In this document: in pieces, positions 17,489 through 26,323 of the stretch | Layout of the letters: the number at the start of each line of letters is the position of its first letter | How positions within the stretch are numbered: position 1 is the stretch's first letter | From: an uncultured Eubacteriales bacterium | GTDB lineage: Bacteria; Bacillota; Clostridia; Oscillospirales; CAG-272 | DNA length: 64,000 nt | NCBI GenBank assembly: GCA_934393265.1 | Contig: CAKRQL010000004.1 | Coordinates: 211,225-275,224, forward strand | Direction: 5' to 3' | Program-made: the position numbers and the translations under genes | Notes under the pieces: model-generated | The model's input: the letters and a program-made list of their open reading frames with translations, nothing else | The model's database searches: none | What the model was told of the DNA's origin: nothing

Positions 17489-19627
17489 ATGCGGAATTAT
17501 ACTCTGAAAACACCGATAGAAGAGCTACCGCGCGTCGGCGAAACGCGAAAGCGACAGCTCGAAAAGCTCGGCATAAGGTATGCCGGAGATCTTGCATACT
17601 TCCTGCCGAGGGCGTATGAAAAACGCGGCGATGTCATTCCGCTCTCGGAGATGGACGCCGAAAAGCCGCGCGCCTATGTTGTTACGGTTGCCTCCGTTCC
17701 TCGAAGCGCGAGACTGCCGCATTCGCTGACCCTCACAAAATTCCGCGCATTTGACGACACCGGATACTGCGAAATATCATTTTTCAATTCACCGTATGTA
17801 TGCGACATATTCCATGTAGGCGACCGTTTCCGAATCTACGGGAAAGCGATGCGGAGCAAAAATTGTGTTCGGTTTACAAACCCCAAATACGAACCATATT
17901 CCGAGGCAGAGCCTCTTGACGACTTTATACCAATATATCCGCTCACCGCAGGTCTGTCTTCAAAATTTATAGACTCTCTCATGCGGGCGGCACTCCCGGA
18001 TATACTTTCCGGTCTTGTGGACCCTCTCCCGGAGGATATACGGCTCTCGCAGGGATTGCCGACCATCGGCGCTGCGCTTCGCTCCTTGCATTTTCCGGCA
18101 GACGAAACCGGGATAAGCTCCGGTTTTTCCCGCCTTGGATTTGATGAAATGTTCGAGTTTGCGCTCGGAATATCAATGTCCGCACATGAAAAACGACTGC
18201 TCACCGCCCTGCCCTTTGAGCCGACGGACATAGCCCCTCTTCTGAAGCTGCTTCCTTATGAACTCACGACGGCTCAAAAGCATGCGGTTAACGATATTTA
18301 CAGGGATACAGTAAGAAAAGGCGACGCCTCCCGTATTCCCCCGATGACGAGAATACTTATAGGCGATGTCGGCTCCGGAAAAACTATTTGCGCACTCATA
18401 GCAATATATCTCGCCGCAAAATCCGGTCATCAGTCTGTACTGATGGTTCCGACGGAAATTCTCGCAAGACAGCACTACAATGATGCATGCGCCCTGCTCG
18501 GAGAGCTCGGTATAAAATCGGAGCTTTTGATAGGCTCCACATCGAAAAAAAAGAAACGGCAAATACTCGCCGACGCGGAAAGCGGCGTATGCGATGTAAT
18601 CGTCGGAACGCACGCCGTAATATCGGATGGAGTTAATTTTTCCGATCTTGCGCTTGTAATCACCGATGAACAGCACCGCTTCGGCGTTATGCAACGGGCG
18701 GCACTCAAAGGCAAATCAGACTCCGCGCATCTGCTCGTTATGAGTGCTACTCCGATTCCCCGTACACTCGCGCTTGCTATGTACGGTGACCTCGATATAT
18801 CCGAAATCAACGAGATGCCTAAGGGCAGACAGCGTGTCGACACATTTGTTGTCAATGAAAGCTATCGCGGACGACTGAACGGTTTTATCCGAAAAACGGT
18901 GAGCGAGGGGGGACAATGCTACGTTGTCTGCCCGTCAATAGATGAGCCGGAAACCGAAAACGTAATGGAACCGACCTCCGGCTATAAGCTGACACCCATT
19001 TCGGCGCTCAATCTCAAAAGCGCGCTGAAATATACCGAAACGCTCCGTGCGGCGCTTCCCGAGCTGCGAATCTCCTGCCTGCACGGGAGGATGAAGGCGA
19101 AAGAAAAAAATGACGTTATGGAGAGCTTTGTAAGCGGTGATACTGATGTCCTGGTTTCAACTACCGTCATAGAGGTCGGCGTCAATGTACCGAACGCCTC
19201 GCTTATGGTAATTGAAAACGCGGAGCGTTTCGGTCTCTCACAGCTTCACCAGCTTCGCGGAAGGGTCGGCAGAGGCAGCCGGAAATCTTATTGTATACTC
19301 GTCTCCGACTCTAGCGGAGATGCCGCGCGCGAGCGGCTCGAGGTCATGCGCACGGTCTACGACGGCGCGAAAATTGCCGAACGGGATCTGATGCTACGCG
19401 GTCCGGGAGACTTTTTTCCTCAAAACAGCAGTGATACAATACGGCAGAGCGGCGGATTTGAATTCAATGCTGCCAGAATGTGCAATGATACCGAGCTCAT
19501 GAATCGCGCCTTTTCCTGCGCAAAAGCACTTATGCAAAAAGACCCCGGGCTCCGTGAGCCGGAGCACGCTCCGCTACGCGAAAAGATGAAAAAAATACTT
19601 GATATCGACTTATCTACGATATCCTGA
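17489..19627 (+). CDS. recG: ATP-dependent DNA helicase RecG
   Basis: Wedge-domain N-terminus, helicase motifs GDVGSGKT, DEQHRFG and MSATPIPRT, and QLHQLRGRVGRG. Confidence 0.9.
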   Translation: MRNYTLKTPIEELPRVGETRKRQLEKLGIRYAGDLAYFLPRAYEKRGDVIPLSEMDAEKPRAYVVTVASVPRSARLPHSLTLTKFRAFDDTGYCEISFFNSPYVCDIFHVGDRFRIYGKAMRSKNCVRFTNPKYEPYSEAEPLDDFIPIYPLTAGLSSKFIDSLMRAALPDILSGLVDPLPEDIRLSQGLPTIGAALRSLHFPADETGISSGFSRLGFDEMFEFALGISMSAHEKRLLTALPFEPTDIAPLLKLLPYELTTAQKHAVNDIYRDTVRKGDASRIPPMTRILIGDVGSGKTICALIAIYLAAKSGHQSVLMVPTEILARQHYNDACALLGELGIKSELLIGSTSKKKKRQILADAESGVCDVIVGTHAVISDGVNFSDLALVITDEQHRFGVMQRAALKGKSDSAHLLVMSATPIPRTLALAMYGDLDISEINEMPKGRQRVDTFVVNESYRGRLNGFIRKTVSEGGQCYVVCPSIDEPETENVMEPTSGYKLTPISALNLKSALKYTETLRAALPELRISCLHGRMKAKEKNDVMESFVSGDTDVLVSTTVIEVGVNVPNASLMVIENAERFGLSQLHQLRGRVGRGSRKSYCILVSDSSGDAARERLEVMRTVYDGAKIAERDLMLRGPGDFFPQNSSDTIRQSGGFEFNAARMCNDTELMNRAFSCAKALMQKDPGLREPEHAPLREKMKKILDIDLSTIS

Positions 19628-19644
19628 TACTACATGGAGAAGAA

Positions 19645-20901
19645 ATGAAACAATCACCTCTTGCGGACAGAATGCGCCCCAAAACCTTTGACGAGGTTTG
19701 CGGACAGACACATCTTGTAGGAAATAACGGAATACTCCGTCGTCTTGTCGAAAACGACCGTATACCGAATATGATATTTTACGGTCCCCCGGGCACGGGT
19801 AAAACGACAGTCGCAAATATAATTGCGGAGAGCTCGGGTATGCAGCTCTACCGCCTCAATGCGACTACTGCGACACTCGCGGATGTAAAATCCGTCATTG
19901 ACTCGACAGACAACATGTTCTCCGATGCCGGAACACTTCTCTACCTTGACGAGATACAGTACTTTAACAAAAAGCAACAGCAGTCACTGCTCGAGTTTAC
20001 GGAAAACGGAAAGATCATACTTATCGCTTCAACCACCGAAAACCCGTATTTCTGTGTCTATAATGCCCTGCTCTCGCGCTCTTCGGTTTTTGAATTCAAA
20101 TCCGTGACACCGGATGACTGCGTTCCGACGCTGCGCCGCGCACTCGGTATTCTGAACGAGGATTTCGGAGAAAAAAAGCATGCAGATGACAAAACGCTTC
20201 GTGCCATTGCGACGGGGTGCGGCGGAGATGTGCGAATGAGTATAGGTGTACTCGAAAACTCATATTATATTTCGGGAGATACGATTACCGACGACACGGT
20301 ATCGTCACTTCTTCCCGGTATTGTCGGACATTTTGACAGAGACGGCGATGTGCACTACGATTATCTCTCCTGCCTGCAAAAGTCAATACGCGGTTCAGAC
20401 CCGGATGCTGCCGTATTTTATCTCGCTAAAATCCTCGCAAACGGAGATCTTCTATCTGCCTGTCGCCGACTCATGGTAATCGCCTCTGAGGACATAGGTT
20501 GCGCCTATCCTCTCGCGGCGGCAATAACGTACGCCTGTGCCGAGAGCGCAAAGCAGCTTGGGCTCCCGGAGGCAGCTATTCCGCTCGCCAATGCCACTGT
20601 CATACTGGCGACGGCTCCGAAATCAAACACCGCGTATGCCGCATATAACGCCGCAGTGAACGATGCTTCGTCCGGTCTCGGCGTCACGGTGCCAGAACAT
20701 CTTCAAAGCCCGCTCTTCCGCGGATATCTCTATCCTCATGACTATGAATGCGATTACGTAAAGCAGGACTACCTCCCCGCCGATATTCTGAAAAAAGGCT
20801 CTAAGTATTACAAATTCGGAAGCAATAAAACCGAACAGGCAGCAAAAGCATATTTTGATTTCATACACTCGAACGGCGGAAAAGCGAAGACAAAAGAGTA
20901 A
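19645..20901 (+). CDS. rarA: Replication-associated recombination protein A (RarA/MgsA AAA+ ATPase)
   Basis: LADRMRPKTFDEVCGQTHL, Walker [10 protein letters not shown], Walker B LYLDEIQYFNK, and the MgsA C-terminal domain (YLSCLQKSIRGSDPDAAVFYLAK). Confidence 0.9.
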   Translation: MKQSPLADRMRPKTFDEVCGQTHLVGNNGILRRLVENDRIPNMIFYGPPGTGKTTVANIIAESSGMQLYRLNATTATLADVKSVIDSTDNMFSDAGTLLYLDEIQYFNKKQQQSLLEFTENGKIILIASTTENPYFCVYNALLSRSSVFEFKSVTPDDCVPTLRRALGILNEDFGEKKHADDKTLRAIATGCGGDVRMSIGVLENSYYISGDTITDDTVSSLLPGIVGHFDRDGDVHYDYLSCLQKSIRGSDPDAAVFYLAKILANGDLLSACRRLMVIASEDIGCAYPLAAAITYACAESAKQLGLPEAAIPLANATVILATAPKSNTAYAAYNAAVNDASSGLGVTVPEHLQSPLFRGYLYPHDYECDYVKQDYLPADILKKGSKYYKFGSNKTEQAAKAYFDFIHSNGGKAKTKE

Positions 20902-20947
20902 TTTCCGATGCTTTTTCCTTTATAGCAACCGCACAGTTCTTTGCATA

Positions 20948-20976
20948 TTGACAAAATTCTCATTATATGCTACAAT
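20948..20976 (+). promoter_or_regulatory. Sigma-A-type promoter for the lipid-kinase/comEC pair
   Basis: -35 TTGACA (20948-20953), 17-nt spacer, extended -10 TGcTACAAT (20968-20976). Confidence 0.55.
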
Positions 20977-21001
20977 TAACGGGATAATATCTTACGAGGA
21001 T

Positions 21002-21964
21002 ATGCACATGATATATCATTTTATCCTGAACCCGAAATCGGGACGCAGCCGTAAGCTGCAGAATCTTGAGGATTCCATAAAGGTCGCCTGTCGCGCGCGG
21101 CAGCTGACATACCATATATATTACACGACGCAGGTCGGCGACGCGACAAGCTATGTACGCTCAATGGTCAACATATCGTCGGAACGCCAGCGGTTTATTT
21201 GCATTGGAGGCGACGGGACGATCAACGAGATAGTCAACAGTGCCCCCTGCAATCCGAATGTCGAGTTCGGAGTAATTCCGAATGGCTCCGGCAACGATTT
21301 TGTCAGAAACTTTTCAAAGCGCGAGCTGTTTTCTTCAATAGAAGCGCAGATTGACGGAGAAACCATACCGCTTGACCTTATAAAATGCAACGACACGTAT
21401 TGTGTAAACATGGTAAACATCGGATTTGACTGTTCTGTCGTCCGGTATGCCGCTGATATGAAAAATGTGAAGCGCATATCCCCCGCGCTCTCCTACATTT
21501 TCGGAGTTGTCGTCGCCGTCTTTCATAAATTCGGCACAAAAATGCGGCTCATCTATGACGACGGAACGGTTGTCGAGGATATAATGACGCTCACCGCGAT
21601 AGGAAACGGCAGATTCTGCGGCGGCGGATTTAACACGGCGCCGATAGCTTATCTGAACGACGGTCTCATGGATATCTGCGCCATAAAAAAGGTTTCGCGC
21701 TTCAAATTCTTCACGCTTGTCGGAAGCTATAAAAAAGGTACTCACCTCCAGAATAAACGCGCATTGAAGGTAATTGACTATTCGCAACATAAGCATTTCA
21801 GAATGGAGTTTGACGCGCCTGTTCCCGTATGCATAGACGGTGAGATCTCGGGCGCCAAAACCATTGATTTCACTCTCGTGCGCAATGCGTTCAACTTTGT
21901 TATTCCCAAAGGCTCGTCCTTAAAATACGACTTCAACGCCAAATCGGACACCGAACACAAATGA
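21002..21964 (+). CDS. Diacylglycerol kinase-family lipid kinase (YegS/DagK-like)
   Basis: ATG 21002 after ACGAGGA. ILNPKSGRSRK and the catalytic-domain motif CIGGDGTINEIVN. The stop overlaps the comEC start (ATGA). Confidence 0.8.
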   Translation: MHMIYHFILNPKSGRSRKLQNLEDSIKVACRARQLTYHIYYTTQVGDATSYVRSMVNISSERQRFICIGGDGTINEIVNSAPCNPNVEFGVIPNGSGNDFVRNFSKRELFSSIEAQIDGETIPLDLIKCNDTYCVNMVNIGFDCSVVRYAADMKNVKRISPALSYIFGVVVAVFHKFGTKMRLIYDDGTVVEDIMTLTAIGNGRFCGGGFNTAPIAYLNDGLMDICAIKKVSRFKFFTLVGSYKKGTHLQNKRALKVIDYSQHKHFRMEFDAPVPVCIDGEISGAKTIDFTLVRNAFNFVIPKGSSLKYDFNAKSDTEHK

Positions 21965-24225
21965 GCATTTTTGAAAAACGCCCGCTCGCTTTTCTTATAG
22001 CGGGCACAGCAGCAGGTTTTCTAATATTCACAGGAGCCGGAAGCATCTTAAGGGTGCTTCTTGCTCTTTTTGCATTTTTACTCCTCGCATTCTCCGCAGT
22101 ACGCTTTGTAAAGCAGAAGCCGAACGGCAGGATAATGCTCATCATGTCTGTTTTCCTTCTCCTTTCATTTCTTATGTCGCATCTGTATTTTGACATCTGG
22201 TTTGATTTTGAGAGAAGATTTTCGGAAAATACGGATGATGCCGGGAATGTTGAGGTTTTCGGTGTGGGTGTCGTTACAGAGGAGATTTATTTCTCCGACG
22301 GATACGGAATATACGAAATAAAAACACAGAGCGTAAACGATGCACCTCTCACAAAATACCGTGTATATCTCACAATTAACGGAGCAGATTCAAATTTTAC
22401 GCCCGGAGACCGCATCAGCTTTGAGGCGACGGTAAATCCATACGACTCTGGGGATCAGTTATCCACATATTCAAAAGCAAGGGGAATCTCCGCAAATCTG
22501 TCGGCTACGAGCGTACCGACGGTAACCGGGCACGGTAACCCGCCGCTCGAATACAGGCTCGCTGTGCTGAGGGCTTCTTTCACCTCCTACTGCACGGCAC
22601 TCCTCGGCGACGATGCCGGAGGTCTCCTCTCTGCCCTGCTCGTCGGTGACAAGGAGCTGCTCCCGGGAAATATACTTACGGATTTTCGCAGAATCGGCGT
22701 ATCTCACGTATTGGCGCTCAGCGGTATGCACCTTGCGATAATCACAGTCGCGCTCGAAAAGCTGCTGACAGCTTTAAGAATAAACCGGAAAGCCCGTTCT
22801 GCAATAATGATAGTCTGTATTATCGGATATATGGCGTTAGTCGGATTTCCGTCCTCTGTGGTCCGCGCGGGTATCATGCTCATAATTGCCGAGCTCCTGT
22901 TTCTTGTCGGCGCGCTACCTGACAGGATAACATCGCTTTTTGTCGCGCTTGCCGTAATAATTGCGGTAAAACCGTATGTGATATATGACATCGCACTGTG
23001 GCTATCGTTTGGCGCAACTCTCGGCATAATAGTTGCAGCCGGATTTGCGCCGGAGCGCCGCGGCGGTACGGGCACACGGATTCTTCGCTTTATTGTTACC
23101 TCCCTCATCGCAACATTCTTCGCCGTGGCACTGACATTTGCGATAATCTGCGTGACATTCAAGTCAATCTCACTGGCAACTCCGCTTACCTCTCCTCTGT
23201 TTTCACTGGTCGCGGAGATATACATGTACCTCGGTGGAGCCGCGCTTATCTTCGGAAAAATAATTCCTCCGCTCGTATGGCTTGTTCGGTGGCTGTATTC
23301 CGGGATATTAAGCTGCGCCGCTCTGATATCCGGGATTCCCGGGATATATGTCAGCTGTGATTTCATCGTCGTAAGCATCCTCTGCTTTATATTTACGACA
23401 GCGCTCATTATCTTTCTTGTCTGCAGGATAAAGCACAGAAAAATTTACGCCACCGCATTGTCGCTCTTTCTTGTCATAACATTGACGGTCTCGGCGGTTC
23501 TCACAAGGTCTGTTACCCTGAACAGCTCCGTGATTTATGAGCGCTCCGGCAGCGAGGAACGGATAACACTCAAGAGTTCGGGTGAAGCTATGGTAATAGA
23601 CCTTTCGCCGAGAAGAAAGTCACAGGCGTATTCGACCGCAAATATTCTCTCCGAGGAGCGTATACCAGACCTTGATTCATATTTTCTGACGACATACAGC
23701 GCTGCACTTCCTGATTATTTTGACACTCTGTTCAGGCAAATCAAGGTAAGATATGTTTATCTTCCGTTGCCGGAAAATGAAAGCGAGGAGGATATTCTTT
23801 TCAAAATTTCGGAGGTCTGTTTGCGGTACGGAACAGATGTAACGCTTTATCGGCAGGATGAAAAGCTCACGCTCGGCAGCATCGAGCTAAAGTCACTGTA
23901 CCGCTCTGCGCTCGGCGACGGGGCTGAGCGTACTATTCTCTCGTTTTCTTACTCGGGACATTCAGTGGCGTATCTTAGCTCCGGCGTTCTCGGTGGCGAG
24001 ATAACGGAAAAGGCAACCGACGCCATATCCTCTTCGGACACGGTCATATTCGGTTGCCATGGTAAGGGTTACAGCGATATTATTCACTTCACCGGGATGT
24101 ATCCGGGTGTTCGCCGTATTATTCTGTCGGGAAATCGCATGGAAATTCCCGACGATATAATCGGATATTACGAGAGCAAGAACGTCACAATTGAAATCCA
24201 GCCGAAGAAAGCTGTCATGAACTGA
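21961..24225 (+). CDS. comEC: ComEC/Rec2-family DNA internalisation protein
   Basis: N-terminal TM plus OB-like region, and a polytopic competence domain with IGVSHVLALSGMHLAII. The C-terminal about 230 aa occupies the position of the metallo-beta-lactamase domain but lacks its His motifs. Confidence 0.85.
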   Translation: MSIFEKRPLAFLIAGTAAGFLIFTGAGSILRVLLALFAFLLLAFSAVRFVKQKPNGRIMLIMSVFLLLSFLMSHLYFDIWFDFERRFSENTDDAGNVEVFGVGVVTEEIYFSDGYGIYEIKTQSVNDAPLTKYRVYLTINGADSNFTPGDRISFEATVNPYDSGDQLSTYSKARGISANLSATSVPTVTGHGNPPLEYRLAVLRASFTSYCTALLGDDAGGLLSALLVGDKELLPGNILTDFRRIGVSHVLALSGMHLAIITVALEKLLTALRINRKARSAIMIVCIIGYMALVGFPSSVVRAGIMLIIAELLFLVGALPDRITSLFVALAVIIAVKPYVIYDIALWLSFGATLGIIVAAGFAPERRGGTGTRILRFIVTSLIATFFAVALTFAIICVTFKSISLATPLTSPLFSLVAEIYMYLGGAALIFGKIIPPLVWLVRWLYSGILSCAALISGIPGIYVSCDFIVVSILCFIFTTALIIFLVCRIKHRKIYATALSLFLVITLTVSAVLTRSVTLNSSVIYERSGSEERITLKSSGEAMVIDLSPRRKSQAYSTANILSEERIPDLDSYFLTTYSAALPDYFDTLFRQIKVRYVYLPLPENESEEDILFKISEVCLRYGTDVTLYRQDEKLTLGSIELKSLYRSALGDGAERTILSFSYSGHSVAYLSSGVLGGEITEKATDAISSSDTVIFGCHGKGYSDIIHFTGMYPGVRRIILSGNRMEIPDDIIGYYESKNVTIEIQPKKAVMN

Positions 24226-24228
24226 GCA

Positions 24229-25323
24229 TCACACGTTGAAGAGAAATTCAACAACGTCGCCATCCTTCATCACATAGTCTTTTCCCTCACTGCGGAGGAG
24301 CCCTTTTTCCTTGACTTTGTTTCTGTCGCCCTCACGGATAAGATCATCAAATGCGACGACCTCCGCACGGATAAATCCGCGCTCAAAATCCGAATGAATC
24401 TTTCCTGCCGCCTGCGGTGCCTTTGTTCCGCGCTTTATCGTCCATGCGCGCACTTCTTTAGGTCCGGCTGTCAGGAAGCTTATAAGTCCGAGCAGTGAAT
24501 AACTCGATCTTATGAGCTTGTCGAGTCCGCATTCCGTGATACCGAGGTCAGAGAGAAACGCCTCTTTTTCCTCTCCGTCAAGCTCGGAGAGCTCCGCCTC
24601 TATCTGTGCGGATATGGCAATTATCTCGCTGTGTTCGCTTTTTGCAAATTCAGCAAGCTTTATGTATCCTGGATTCTCCCTGTATCCGCCGGACACCTCA
24701 TCCTCGGAAACGTTCGCAACATATATAACCGGCTTCAGAGTCAAAAGCCGTGACTCTTCTATGAGCATAAGCTCCTCATCGGTAAGGTTGAGTGAACGGG
24801 CGCTGTGCCCATCTTCAAGGCAGGCTTTTACCTTGTTCAGGACATCAACCTTTTCTAACAGCTTCTTATCGCTCCTTGCAGCCTTTACAGTCCTGTCTAT
24901 TGCGCGCTCTACTATTTCAAGGTCGGAGAGTATCAACTCAAGGTTAATAGTCTCCACGTCACGCATCGGATCTACCGTACCGTCAACATGTATGATGTCC
25001 CCGTTCTCAAAGCACCGGACAACATGGACTATTGCGTCGACTTCACGGATATTTGAAAGAAACTTATTTCCGAGCCCCTCACCCTTTGAAGCACCGCGGA
25101 CAAGCCCGGCGATGTCGACAAATTCTATAACAGCGGGCGTGAACTTCTCCGGAGAATACATTTTTGCAAGCGCATCAAGGCGCTTGTCCGGTACGGCGAC
25201 CACTCCGACATTCGGATCTATCGTACAGAAAGGATAATTCGCAGACTCGGCACCTGCATTTGTGAGTGCGTTAAAAAGCGTGCTCTTCCCTACATTGGGA
25301 AGTCCTACAATACCTAATTTCAT
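24229..25323 (-). CDS. ychF: Ribosome-binding ATPase YchF
   Basis: MKLGIVGLPNVGKSTLFNALT, the DIAGLVRGAS G3 motif, and the C-terminal TGS-like DVVEFLFNV. Confidence 0.95.
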   Translation of the reverse strand: MKLGIVGLPNVGKSTLFNALTNAGAESANYPFCTIDPNVGVVAVPDKRLDALAKMYSPEKFTPAVIEFVDIAGLVRGASKGEGLGNKFLSNIREVDAIVHVVRCFENGDIIHVDGTVDPMRDVETINLELILSDLEIVERAIDRTVKAARSDKKLLEKVDVLNKVKACLEDGHSARSLNLTDEELMLIEESRLLTLKPVIYVANVSEDEVSGGYRENPGYIKLAEFAKSEHSEIIAISAQIEAELSELDGEEKEAFLSDLGITECGLDKLIRSSYSLLGLISFLTAGPKEVRAWTIKRGTKAPQAAGKIHSDFERGFIRAEVVAFDDLIREGDRNKVKEKGLLRSEGKDYVMKDGDVVEFLFNV

Positions 25324-25371
25324 GTTTACCTCTTATTCCGTTTCGATTATATGATAAAATACAGCCTGTTA

Positions 25372-25400
25372 AGTATATCACATCGCACGAAAATATTCAA
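25372..25400 (-). promoter_or_regulatory. Sigma-A-type promoter for ychF
   Basis: On the minus strand: -35 TTGAAT, 17-nt spacer, extended -10 TGaTATACT. Confidence 0.45.
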
Positions 25401-25458
25401 TACTTAAAAGCGATTTGACAAAAAACACGAGAATTATATAAAACTTTTATCTTTGTTC

Positions 25459-25487
25459 TTGACTTGGAAACAATTATGTTGTATAAT
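25459..25487 (+). promoter_or_regulatory. Sigma-A-type promoter for the response regulator
   Basis: -35 TTGACT (25459-25464), 17-nt spacer, -10 TATAAT (25482-25487). A second weaker candidate lies upstream: TTGACA 25415-25420 with TATAAA 25437-25442. Confidence 0.55.
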
Positions 25488-25511
25488 TCAAATGTGAAGA
25501 TTATCAAAACT

Positions 25512-25528
25512 TTAACAAACTTAACAAA
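25512..25528 (+). repeat. Tandem direct repeat TTAACAAA-c-TTAACAAA in the response-regulator leader
   Basis: TTAACAAA occurs at 25512-25519 and 25521-25528, between the predicted -10 and the GGAGG ribosome-binding site. Confidence 0.6.
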
Positions 25529-25541
25529 TGGAGGATGTAAA

Positions 25542-26231
25542 ATGGATACCAAACTGCTTGTAATCGATGATGACACCAACATCTGCGAGATGTTAAAGCT
25601 CTATTTTGAAAATGAGGGCTATCAGGTCAAGACCTGCAGCGACGGCGTTCAGGGGCTGTCGGCTTTCAAGCTTTATGAGCCCGATCTTGTTCTGCTCGAT
25701 ATTATGATGCCGAAAAAGGACGGATGGCAGGTCTGCCGTGAGATCCGCGAAATCTCGTCCAAGCCTGTCATTATGATAACGGCAAAAGGAGAGGTCTTTG
25801 ATAAGGTCCTCGGTCTTGAGCTCGGCGCGGATGATTTCATTGTTAAGCCCTTTGACATGAAAGAACTCTCGGCGCGAATAAAGGCTGTTCTCCGCAGATA
25901 TAACGCACACACAAAAACATCTGACGACGAGGTGGCAAAGTTTGAAAACCTCGAAATAAGTCTTCAGAAATACGAGCTGCGAATAAACGGCAAGGCTGTT
26001 GACATTCCGCCGAAGGAGCTCGAGCTTCTCTACTTCCTTGCTTCAAACTGCAACCGCGTCTTTACCCGTAATCAGCTTCTTGATAAGGTCTGGGGCTTTG
26101 ACTATCTCGGTGACTCACGCACTGTGGATGTCCATGTAAAACGCCTGCGCGAGAAGCTCGAGGGCGTTTCCGACAAATGGGCTCTCAAGACTGTCTGGGG
26201 CGTCGGCTATAAATTCGAGACATTCGTGTAA
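25542..26231 (+). CDS. OmpR/PhoB-family response regulator (no histidine kinase adjacent)
   Basis: ATG 25542 after GGAGGA. Receiver residues LVIDDD, LLDIMMP, ITAKG and VKPF. Winged-helix C-terminus: TRNQLLDKVWGFDYLGDSRTVDVHVKRLREKL. Confidence 0.9.
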   Translation: MDTKLLVIDDDTNICEMLKLYFENEGYQVKTCSDGVQGLSAFKLYEPDLVLLDIMMPKKDGWQVCREIREISSKPVIMITAKGEVFDKVLGLELGADDFIVKPFDMKELSARIKAVLRRYNAHTKTSDDEVAKFENLEISLQKYELRINGKAVDIPPKELELLYFLASNCNRVFTRNQLLDKVWGFDYLGDSRTVDVHVKRLREKLEGVSDKWALKTVWGVGYKFETFV

Positions 26232-26272
26232 TACAAACCTGACCGTCGACGGTCTATTGCCTTAAATAAAAA

Positions 26273-26309
26273 CTGGCAGCTGCACTTAGAGGTGCTCCGC
26301 CAGTTTTTT
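26273..26309. terminator. Probable bidirectional terminator between the convergent response-regulator and parC genes
   Basis: CTGGC..GCAC pairs with GTGC..GCCAG (5 bp plus 4 bp around an internal loop). A-run upstream and a T6 run (26304-26309) downstream. Confidence 0.5.
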
Positions 26310-26323
26310 GTTTTCCGGAAGTG

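Noticed and set aside
25397-25582. A 61-aa minus-strand ORF in the AT-rich ychF/response-regulator intergenic region.
   Set aside because: It overlaps both predicted promoters and the regulator's start. Its sequence is hydrophobic and low-complexity, typical of AT-rich spacers, and it has no ribosome-binding site.
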